A stretch of DNA of 64,000 nt from Eledone cirrhosa (GCA_964016885.1 OZ024744.1:69316001-69380000); one strand, 5' to 3'; counted from the stretch's first letter, positions 38,601 to 47,941 are shown. Numbers and translations: made by a program. Notes: a model not told the origin generated them from the sequence alone.

Positions 38601-39644
38601 ATACACTGACACAGACATACACTGACACATACATACACTGACACAGACATACAGTGACACAGACATACACTGACACAGACATACACAGACTCAGACATAC
38701 ACTGACACAGACATACAGTGACACATACATACACTGACACAGACATACACTGATACAGACATACACTGACACAGACATACACTGACTCAGACATACACAG
38801 ACTCAGACATACACAGACTCAGACATACACTGACACAGACTTACACTGACCCAGACATACACTGACTCAGACATACACTGACACAGTCATACACCGACAC
38901 AGACATACACTGACTCAGACATACACTGTCACATACATACACTGACGCAGACATCCACTGACACAGACATACACAGACTAAGACATACACTGTCACATAC
39001 ATACACTGACACAGACATACACTGACACAGACATACACTGGCATAGACATACACTGACACTGACATACACTGACACTGACATACACTGACACATACATAC
39101 ACTGACACAGACATACACTGACACAGACATACACAGACACAGACATACACATACTCAGACATACACTGACACAGACATACACATACTCAGACATACACTG
39201 ACACAGACATACACTGACACATACATACACTGACACAGACTTACACTGACACAGACATACACAGACACAGACATACACATACTCAGACATACACTGACAC
39301 AGACATACACATACTCAGACATACACTGACACAGACATACACTGACACATACATACACTGACACAGACATACACAGACTCAGACAAACACATACTCAGAC
39401 ATACACTGACACAGACATACACTGACACAGACATACACTGACATAGACTTACACTGAATCTTACCATGTTGACCTTTTTACGTTTACATTGTAGCTCTAC
39501 TTTATTCTAACACGCCATTCTGAAGAGCTTTAGTGCATCAACATGTCAATTTTATCTAACAATGAACATATTTACTCTATACCGGTTTTGTGCTAAGGTC
39601 TTTTTTATTTGTAAGTGGCTACATCTATAACCGATTTTCATAAA

Positions 39645-39830
39645 TGAATATATATACTTGTATATATATATACGTGTATATATATATACGTGTATATCTA
39701 TATTCGTGTATATCTATATACATATGCATACACTGTGTGAACCTCCCCCTACATACAGTCGTGTGTGTATGTATTTGTATGTGTCTGTTTGTTTGTTTGT
39801 TTGTTTGTATGTGTATGTATGTGTGTATAT
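39645..39830. repeat. Degenerate mixed TA/TG/GTTT microsatellite
   Basis: TATATATA, GTGTGTGTATGTA and (GTTT)n runs. Confidence 0.85.
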
Positions 39831-40080
39831 ATTCCAGATTGGTCAATGCGTTGTGTTCTTGAGCAAGACACTTTATTTCACGTTTCTCCAGTTTACTCAA
39901 CTGTAGAAATAAGTTGCGACGTCACTAATGACAAGCTGTATCGCCTTTTGTCTTTCCTTTGAACAACATCGGTGGTATTGAGATAGGAGACCCTGGAATG
40001 AACGGGCGTTCGTTACCCTTCCCCAAAAAAACCTTGCACTGGTTATTGCTCGTGGGGAACTTTCTAGGTCATTCGTGACC
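39830..40080 (+). mobile_element. SINE fragment (CORE-like central domain)
   Basis: GCGTTGTGTTCTTGAGCAAGACACTTTATTTCACG resembles mollusc/cephalopod SINE cores. Related segments occur at 44133-44207 and, reversed, at ~57830-57855. Confidence 0.6.
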
Positions 40081-40143
40081 GAATAGGATTTATATAGCGA
40101 TAGGCATACGTAAATTCCCGACGTGTGTGTACGTATGTGTCTG

Positions 40144-40239
40144 TATGTATGTATGTATGTATGTATGTATGTATGTATGTATGTATGTATGTATGTATGT
40201 ATGTATGTATGTATGTATGTATGTATGTATGTATGTATG
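40144..40239. repeat. (TATG)n/(CATA)n microsatellite abutting the retrotransposon 3' end
   Basis: About 24 perfect TATG units. Confidence 0.97.
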
Positions 40240-40322
40240 TTATCTCCTTCTCTTAATTTCGAGTATATTTTTTTTTGACCGGCCACCTTCCTGGTGGCAA
40301 GGTTGTAAAAGAAAAGAAATTG

Positions 40323-41015
40323 TCATCCCTTGAATCGCAAGAATGTTTTGCAAATTTTGAAGGTGCCAGCTATCGCAGCCATTTGTAGACTATGAATTAG
40401 GGAGCTGCGCTTTTTGTCCGCAAATCCAAGTTCAGTCATACTTTGGTCCAAGCGGGTTGGTATATAACCCGTAGCTCCAATAATGATGGGTATGAAGCTA
40501 AAGGTGTATCTTGGATACTGGATTTCTAAGCTCCTCATCAATGGTCCGTAGATGTCCTCCTTCTCCTGTATTTTTCTGACAACGTTTACATGAAGTGGGC
40601 AGCTGATCTCCACAACAGAACACGTTTTCAATATGTGGTCCCAAATAACAATATCAGGCCGGTTGTGCTTTAATTTGGTGGCAGTTTTTATTTTCAGGTT
40701 CCACCAGTATTCCTTAGTGCCATCTGTCTCAATATATTCTTCCTCGTTTGTTGTTAATTTTGTTTTCCGAAGTGCGTTCCAGATGGTTCTAGCTATCCCA
40801 TCGTGTCCCTTTGTTTTACATAACCTACATTTATTGTCAGCTGCTGGCCCTCCTCTTTTGTGCAGCAGATATTTGGTAGGGAGTTCTTGTTCCTGTATTG
40901 CATAGAGATATCCCTCAAGGTGTGATGTCATAAACTTGTCGGAACTCCATGCCAGGCTTTTTGAGTGGTTTATCCCCTCTATGGTCTGTGTTTTACGCCT
41001 CAAGTATCCATGCAC
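40323..41015 (-). pseudogene. C-terminal zinc knuckle (partly deleted) and restriction-like endonuclease of the R4-like element
   Basis: CRLC...HDGIAR...HNRPDIVIWD...VVEISCP...EKEDIYGPL...IPIIIGATG, typical of R2/R4/NeSL REL domains. Confidence 0.88.
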
Positions 41016-41139
41016 TACTTTTTCTCTAAATTGGTCAAATTTTTTTAATCTTGTTTGAACATTGAATAGGATCTTCCGATTTCTCTGGGTGAGAGATTTA
41101 TATCAGGCTTTATTCCATATCTCTCCTCCAGATCAGTCG

Positions 41140-42183
41140 CTATTCTAATGATATTTTTTTTTCATGCTCATAAACCTGGGCAAGATGGTTGCCAACCTTT
41201 TTCCTCTGTTGAAGGTGTTGCTTCAGTGTTACTATCCGGGTCTCATATGTTGTTAATATGAATTTTAGACCCCGGCCACCTTCCTTGCGTGAGAAGTATA
41301 GCCTATTCACATCACCATTGATGTTAAAGTTCCCAATAACACTGAGAAGTTTGCGAGTTCTAACATCCATCTCACTTAGTTGTTGCAATGACCAGTTTAG
41401 CAGGCCAAATGTTGGCGTTAGAATTGGCACAGCATAAGTATTGTGGGCAATGTATTTGTTGTACGCTGACAGTTCTGATGACCATATTTTCTTTACTCTT
41501 CTGAGGTATTCAGTTCTGGTTCTCTCCTTCTTTATGGGTCCATCATATCTGACATTCTCATCCTGTCCAAGATATCTGTAGTTGTCACCTGACTGTAGAG
41601 GTTGTATTGTCAGGCCGTTCATCTCTAGATTTCTAGAAGAGGGCACAGCTCTTCCACGTTTTACTGCCAAATTTGCACACTTGGACTCACCAAATTTCAT
41701 TTTGATGTCTGTTGAAAATTGTGTAATGAGGTCCAATTGTTTCTTGGTGTCATTGATATTTGACCCATACAACTTCAGGTCATCAACAAAGAAAAGATGG
41801 GAGATATTTCTGGACCCACTCCTTTGTCCACCTTGTTTCCTGAGTAGGTAAGATAGTGGATTCAGTGAGAGAACGAAGAGTAGCACTGACAAGCTATCAC
41901 CCTGAAAGATGCCCTTCTGGTAATGTATCTTATCAGTCTTAACTTGCTCCTTCTCACCTCTAAGGATCAAATTGGTGTACCAGTTCTTGTTCAGGCGTTC
42001 AACAGCAGCTACCAATGTTTGTGGGACTTTGGCTAACTGTAAAGCCTTAATAATCCACCCATGAGGTACACTATCAAATGCTTTTTGATAGTCCAGCCAC
42101 ACCACAGTCATGTTTCTGCGATTCTTTGTCGTTTTTTCCTGAATCATTTTATTAGTTAGTAGGTGATCTATGCAGCCCCACAC
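41140..42183 (-). pseudogene. Non-LTR reverse transcriptase domain fragment
   Basis: WLDYQKAFDSVPH, GIFQGDSLS, HLFFVDDLKLY and YRYLG RT motifs; flanked by frameshifts and stops. Confidence 0.93.
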
Positions 42184-43204
42184 CTACCTCTTTCCACCAG
42201 CTTGCTCAGGTGTAATGATGCTGTTGGTAGCACAGTGATCCTGTAAGAACAGGTTAAGGCACCTAGTATATAATTTATACATGATGTTTTGGCAGGCTAT
42301 TGGGCGGTAATTTTTAGCAAGGGTGGTTTGGCTATTTTTGGAAATGAGGAGAGTAGTGGCAGTTGATAACCATCTGGGCAGTTCTTGTGTGCCTTTAATG
42401 GTTTATGTAAACAATCGTATGAGATCTTGCCGATAGAAAGTGAAATTCTTCAACCAGTATCCTGTAATGAGGTCTGGGCCTGGCGATTTCCTATTCGACA
42501 TTTTCTGTAGAGCTGTTTCCAGTATTGACCCATCTATGTCATATTGTTTTGTCTGGACATGTTGGCAGTAGTCCTGTTCCAATTCTTTTAGCCAATTAGT
42601 TTGTCTGTTGAATCCGTCATACGTTTCCCATACAGATCTCCAGTAGCTCTCAACCTGATCTTTTGAAGGGTTGTCATTTACAGGGATTGAGCTTTTGCCA
42701 CCGAAGCTGCGATAAACTGATTTAGGATCGCTGGCAAACAATCTATTTAGCACTTGTCGTTTATATGCTGTTGACTTATAGTTTAGAAATCTGTTGCAGC
42801 TGTGAGTTGTTGTTTCAACTGGTGTAATTTGGAGTTTAAAGTTTTAAATTTTGTATCTCCAATCGTCTCTCTAACTATTTTTTGGTCTTCTTGGTGTCGT
42901 GTGAAGTTGCTCTCTATGTTGCATTTCATAACGACTGAGATGTGTGAGATACTTCGTCTCAGGGACAAAATTTTGGTTTTTAAATTTCGCATCCACGCTG
43001 GTTCAGGCTTTTTGTTTGTATGTTGATTTCGTCGTTTTAGATGTTTGTTATATGATAGCAATGTGACAGCTGAAACATAACAAAATATTTATTTTTCAAA
43101 ATAGTCGATGATCTTCTTTAAAAGTTTCGACAAAGTACTGTCAGAATCAAATTTAAAGTTATTCACAGCCTGGGTAATATTTCTTTTAAGTTAGTTTTTA
43201 ATTC

Positions 43205-43562
43205 TACAACTGTGTTTTAAACGTTGTTCTTGAATCGTTTGAATCGAGAACAAAAAAAACGTTAATTAGTATATTTCTTTATGAATGTAATATAATATAA
43301 CAACGCTGTATTTATATGTTAAAGTTTATGTATCATTCATATAAATAGGTGTTCTACAACTTATTCACAACATATTCACAGTTTAAACACTTATATGTTT
43401 TTGTTTCTGAATCGAAAACGTTACTTGCATATTTCTGTATAAATGTAATATAACAACGTTGCATTTATATGTCAAAGTGTATGTATCGTTCATATATCAT
43501 AAGTGTATGTATCATTCATATAAATAGGTGTTTTACAACACACTTACAGTTCAAACACTTAC
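43205..43562. repeat. Two diverged ~165-170-bp AT-rich tandem units
   Basis: AATGTAATATAACAACG...TATGTATCATTCATATAAATAGGTGTT...AAACACTTA occurs twice. Confidence 0.8.
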
Positions 43563-43691
43563 GTAGAATTATTGTATGTAATCTTACCGCGTAATGTAGC
43601 TCAACTTTTTCTAATATATGGTATGTTGCTTTCATGTAAGCCGTAATTACACACGTCCGATTATCGGACACTGACCACAACGGTCGCCATT

Positions 43692-43856
43692 GTATGTATG
43701 TATGTATGAATAGATGTATGTGTGTATGTATACATGCATGTATGTATACATGCATGCATGTATGTATATATGCCTGCATGTATATATGTATATATGTATA
43801 TATGTATGTATGCATACATGCAGGTATGTATGTATGTACATATATATGTATATATA
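43692..43856. repeat. Degenerate (TATG)n/(CATG)n microsatellite
   Basis: Mixed TATG, CATG and TATA units. Confidence 0.9.
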
Positions 43857-43896
43857 ACGTAAATAACTTTGGCCATGCTTAAATTTATAACAATAC

Positions 43897-44124
43897 TCAG
43901 GGAAGCCTTTTAAGCTCAATTTTATAGTAAAGTAGGGAGTTGTAGTTGGCCGAAATATATCCGGGTATAGATAGTTTGTACTTATAGTAAAGAGAATGAT
44001 AATAGAATCTAGCCTGGAAATATTTAATTATATAAGATCTCATCATGTAGGCCATGTTAAATTTGTTGTTGATGTGGGTTCTGCAGCTTAGGTTGCCATC
44101 AAGAGTTACATGTATATCTCTCAC
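43897..44124 (-). pseudogene. Old CR1/Jockey-group LINE RT C-terminal fragment
   Basis: RDIHVTLDGNLSCRTHINNKFNMAY resembles the recalled consensus RDLGVTLDSNLSFRTHINNIVNKAY; heavily degraded. Confidence 0.5.
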
Positions 44125-44132
44125 GTTATTTG

Positions 44133-44207
44133 GGACCGGGTAATGTGTTGTGTCCTTGAGTAAGACGCTTTATTTCACGTGGATCCTTCTGCCAGGAGTT
44201 GCGACGG
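44133..44207 (+). mobile_element. Short SINE fragment related to 39830-40080
   Basis: TGTTGTGTCCTTGAGTAAGACGCTTTATTTCACGT ... AGTTGCGACG is shared with the 39.85-39.92 kb copy. Confidence 0.6.
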
Positions 44208-44208
44208 G

Positions 44209-44322
44209 TAGATAGTATCAGAAATGGAAAGACAAATGGAAACATTGTTTCCTTGGCCCGATTTGACGAGGTCCACCCCACTTGGCAAGCGAATGAGGTT
44301 TGATCTTATCGATCGATCAGAG
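44209..44322 (+). repeat. Left arm of a ~110-bp inverted repeat (partner 46681-46787)
   Basis: ATGGAAAGACAAATGGAAACATTGTTTCCTT...ACGAGGTCCACCC...GGCAAGCGAATGA matches the reverse complement of 46681-46787. Confidence 0.85.
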
Positions 44323-44419
44323 AGAGAACCCTCTTTTGCATTGTGGATTAGTTCCAATTTTTCCTCGTTTGATATCATATTGTTTTCTTACGTCCATTGA
44401 ATCATAACGCGTAGATCAC

Positions 44420-45335
44420 ATTGAAAGTATATCCGGTCTCTTACTTTGTTGATGACTTTTCGAAGTTTAAATTCATTGGTATAATATTTTATTTTGTTGT
44501 GCTTCATGACACCTATGTCCTCATTTTCGCCTTCAAAATAAACAACTTTTTCGAAAGAGACAGAACCAGACTGAAAATACACTCGTCTAACACCATCACC
44601 AAAATAGCAAGAAAATCAACGCCACAACATACATTGTGGTAAACATGGATTCAAAGAAGCTGGTCATTATCCTAAAGAGAGAAGACTGCGTGAACCACCT
44701 GGCCATTTCGCTCCACCCCCACCCTCTTATCACATTTAAGGACAACAAGTCTAACTTCCTCTCCTTCTTTAAATACGGGTTGATAAACTTCTCTAACACC
44801 TAGATGGGCAGAGTTAGTAATCGTATTCTCGACGCCATAAATATCCGAAATTGGGAATAAAGGAACCTGCAAATTTACCATTTGGATATCGTGGACTTTT
44901 ACACTTCCATATCAAAACCCCTAGTATAGAGATTCCTAGATCTCGGAAAACAATTAATTAAGATCTGCGACCTGGAATAATTTTGAACGACATAGTGTCG
45001 GTACAGTTTCACAATACACTTACTGAGTAAAAAAAAAAAAGTACGGAGACCCATTTTCGATATATCCATCACTATCTATTTTAATTAGCAACCTATTCAA
45101 CGGAATAAACGAAAATATCTCTAGTTTACCGAAATATCTCTAGTTTACCGAATAAACGAAAATATCTTTAGTTTACCGTCTGATAGAGGTGTCTTCAACG
45201 AGGCTGAACTCCATTAGTAGTTTTGTGACAATTTAGTATACATGAAAAACACAAACACGCTTCCTAAAAGTGTTAAGAAAGGAAATATAGTTTTTTTTAA
45301 ACCTCCATTCAATCTAAAAATTTCCACCCGAATTA
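44420..45335 (+). pseudogene. Degraded Penelope-like element (PLE) RT remnant
   Basis: Ordered fragments resembling PLE ORFs: ITFKDNKSNF...LIN...MGRVSNRILDAIN (cf. ITLKDHK..RLINP..GRISK.ILD.IN), DIVDFYTSIS (RT motif A, cf. FDIxxFYPSI), SDRGVFNEA, and RKGNIVFFKPPFN (cf. IIWFNPPF). Internally deleted. Confidence 0.65.
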
Positions 45336-46269
45336 CACTGTGTAACACGACTTTTGTCCTTGGGTAGCAACTATTATTTTCTATTTGCTTATGCCTAGAA
45401 AGTATGAAAAATGGCTAATATTTCCTTAAAACTTTGCTTTTATGGCCATGATAATGATATTTCTAGATTTACTTAATCCCATAGGGAAAACTGCCAAATA
45501 TGAACATTTTCGTTCAAGCAAATTTGGAATGAAATGACATGATTAAAAAAAAGTAGCATTTATTTATCCTAGGATTATACAAACATTTTAGCAGTGAGTG
45601 AGTTTTCGCGATTTACGCTTAAGCTACAAATTGCTTTCACGAATCAGCCCCCATATATAGTCTCCAGCATGTTTTTATTATATGATCGTTGGTAGCGATG
45701 TTTAAAGTCACATATATCCTGGTGGAAGCGCTCGCCTTGTTCTTCAGAGTATGCTCCGATGTTCCCCTTGAATTTATCAAGACGAGCGTGAAGGATATGT
45801 ACTTTGAAGGACATCCTCCAACCCATTTTGCCTAAGTTCTTCACCAGGGTCTTAACAAGCGCCACATAATTTTCGGCCTCGTGATTCCCCAGGAAGGCCC
45901 AAACCACTGCATCAAAGCTGTTCCCTGCTGCCTCCTCTGTCTTAGTGAGTTTCTTGGTGGAATTCCTTACACTCCGTGATCTTCCTTATTTGTGGTCCGA
46001 CGAAGACATCGGCTTTCCCTTTTGCCTCAGACAGCTTAGGGAAGAAGTTTCGAGGTACTTGAAGTCTGTCGACTCCATATCTAGAGTTGTGACAATCTGT
46101 TTCATAAGGCCCAGTTTTAAGTGAAGTGCTGGGCACAATACCTTCCGGGGATCAACCAGTGGCTGCCCAAGTCACAAAAGTAAAGTTACACGATAATAAT
46201 AGTTTTTTCCTGTGCTTTCTAGGCAGACAAAAGACAAAAAAGAAAAGTAAATTTTTTTGTTAGATAGTG
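45336..46269 (-). mobile_element. Chapaev3-type (CMC superfamily) DNA transposon, internally deleted, both termini and TTA TSD present
   Basis: TTA|CACTGTGTAACA...TGTTAGATAGTG|TTA. Transposase fragments at 45644-46170: LHLKLGLMKQ, FFPKLSEAK...FVGPQI, FLGNH.AENY, KVHILH, GAYSEEQGERFHQDI. Confidence 0.88.
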
Positions 46270-46680
46270 TTATTTATCTCCAATACGAAATAACTATCAG
46301 AATCTGATGATACATGTATGCAGTATTATACTGAAGTAACATATTGCAGTTCACTTTTTTTATGTCAGCTTTTTTATTTATTTATTTTATTTATTTATTT
46401 TTTTTTTTATCTTTTTCATGTTTTGGGTATTTGACAGAACATTGTTAAATAGGAATAAAAGCAAATCAATACGAATTCGTTTAAACTTATGGAATTTAAA
46501 CCAGCTTTTATTTTATACACAGTTATATAAATAACATTACGAATAACAAAAGGTATATAATGATGGAAATATGAAAAAGAAAGATATAAACAAAATCAAG
46601 TAATGAGGAAAAGGGGAAATGGAAAAGAAGGGCAAATCTGGCTCTATGGGAAAGTAGAGGATAAGATTATCGCTCTCTTG

Positions 46681-46787
46681 CTCTGATTGATCGACAAGAT
46701 CATTCGCTTGCCGAGTTGGGTGGACCTCGTTAAATTGAACTAAGGAAACAATGTTTCCATTGGTCTTTCCATTGCTGATATTATTTA
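46681..46787 (-). repeat. Right arm of the ~110-bp inverted repeat (partner 44209-44322)
   Basis: Reverse complement reads TAAATAATATCAGCAATGGAAAGACCAATGGAAACATTGTTTCCTT..., matching 44209 onward apart from a 7-nt indel and scattered substitutions. Confidence 0.85.
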
Positions 46788-47410
46788 TGTAAAACAAAGA
46801 TCGAAGATGTTAGCCACATTGTTGCCAACTGCGAAAGAATGTCGTCTCGCTACTACATCCCTATGAGACACGATGGGATAGCAAGAACCATCTGGAATGC
46901 AATAAGGAAAACGAAATTAAAAACAAACGAGGAAGAGATAGATGGCACTAAAGAATACTGGTGGAACCTGAAAATAAAAACTGCCACCAAATTAAAGCAC
47001 AACCGGCCTGATATTGTTGTTTGGGGCCACACATTGAAAACGTGTTCTGTTGTAGAGATCAGCTGCCCACTTGATGTAAACGTTGTCAGAAAAATACAGG
47101 AGAAGGAGGACATCTACGGACCATTGATGAGGAGTTTACAAATCCAGTATCTAAGATACACCTTTAGCTTCATACCCATCATTATTGGAGCTACGGGTTA
47201 TATACCAACCCGCTTGGACCAAAGTATGACTGAACTTGGATTTGCGGACAAAGAGCGCAGCTCCCTAATTCATAGTCTACAAATGGCTGCGATAGCTGGC
47301 ACCTTCAAAATTTACAAAACATTCTTGTGATTCAAGGGATAACAATTTCTTTTTTTTTACAACCTTGCCACCAGGAAGGTGGCCGGTCAAAAAAATATAC
47401 TCGAAATTAA
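46785..47410 (+). mobile_element. 5'-truncated copy 2 of the R4-like element (knuckle, REL, 3' UTR)
   Basis: ORF 46839-47330 is nearly identical to the C-terminus of 40323-41015; same 3' UTR CCTTGCCACCAGGAAGGTGGCCGGTC. Confidence 0.92.
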
Positions 47411-47752
47411 TGTCAACGTTGAATGAAAAATACAGAAGGAGGATATCTACGGGTCATTGATGAGGAGTTTACAAATCCAGTATCCAAGATACACCTTCAG
47501 CTTCATAGCCATCATTATTGGAGCTACAGGTTATATACCAACCCGCTTGGACCAAAGTATGACTGAACTTGAATTTGCGGACAAAGAGCGCAGTTCCCTA
47601 ATTCATAGACTACAAATGGCAGTGATATCTGGCACCTTCAAAATTTGTAAAAAGATCTTCCGATTCAAGGGATGACAATTTCTTTTCTTTTACAACCTTG
47701 CCTCCAGGAAGGTGGCCGGTCAAAATGTACTCGAAACTCAGAGAAAGAGAAA
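47411..47752 (+). mobile_element. 5'-truncated copy 3 of the R4-like element, tandem to copy 2
   Basis: ORF 47457-47675 (MRSLQIQYPRYTFSF...FRFKG) and a 3' UTR ending GAGAAAGAGAAA followed by CACACATACACA. Confidence 0.9.
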
Positions 47753-47844
47753 CACACATACACATTCGATTATATTTTATTTCTGAACTCATGTGTGTGT
47801 GCGTGTGAGTGTGGGGATGTGTGTATTTAATCTATACCTTATGA

Positions 47845-47912
47845 GACGCCGCTTAGTTTAATTGGTTAGAGTGTGGTGACAATAATGTGAATGTCGCGAT
47901 TTCAATCCTTAA
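47845..47912 (+). mobile_element. Degenerate tRNA-like head (SINE or tRNA pseudogene remnant)
   Basis: A-box-like TAGTTTAATTGGTTAGAG and B-box-like GATTTCAATCC at tRNA-like spacing; no intact cloverleaf. Confidence 0.4.
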
Positions 47913-47941
47913 TAGCTTTAGACATTCTTTTATTACCTAGA

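Larger units (their letters stand above)
1..39457. repeat. 16-bp satellite DNA array, consensus GACATACACTGACAYA, about 2,450-2,500 monomers, open at the left window edge
   Basis: Continuous tandem units. Main variants: GACATACACTGACACA, GACATACACTGACATA, GACATACACAGACTCA, GACATACACTGACTCA, plus 10-bp GACATACACA units. Ends abruptly at ...GACTTACACTGA|ATCTTACC near 39457. Confidence 0.98.
40240..43100 (-). mobile_element. R4/Dong-clade non-LTR retrotransposon (RT plus restriction-like endonuclease), 5'-truncated and disrupted
   Basis: Collinear minus-strand ORF pieces 42783-43061, 42403-42753 (KSPGPDLITGYWLK), 41140-42183 (RT) and 40323-41015 (REL), then a short 3' UTR ending GAGAAGGAGATAA before (CATA)n. 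The 5' boundary is approximate. Confidence 0.9.

Noticed and set aside
26-39370. Numerous minus-strand ORFs encoding [16 protein letters not shown]-type Cys-rich peptides
   Set aside because: They are translations of the 16-bp monomer, whose reverse strand lacks stops unless a variant adds one. They overlap in all three frames, with no frame preference or gene structure.
1-39457. CRISPR-like or telomeric array
   Set aside because: No unique spacers and no cas genes; the monomer lacks the G-run pattern of telomeric repeats.
39625-40333. ORFs such as HTYIHTYI and MYVCMYVC
   Set aside because: Microsatellite translations; the same applies to ORFs at 43516-43919, 53864-54579, 60239-60940 and 62021-62266.
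40633-41851. Plus-strand ORFs opposite the R4-like element
   Set aside because: Antisense shadows of the RT/REL frame; likewise the shadow ORFs over the Helitron and the 190-aa minus ORF 63059-63631 opposite mariner.
45112-45178. Triplicated AAATATCTYTAGTTTACCG segment
   Set aside because: Local slippage duplication within the decayed PLE; no evidence of function.
46683-46760. CTGATTGA...GAAACAATGTT as a hammerhead core
   Set aside because: No plausible stem I or stem II could be formed.
47845-47912. Functional tRNA gene
   Set aside because: Only A/B-box-like remnants; acceptor and anticodon stems do not pair.
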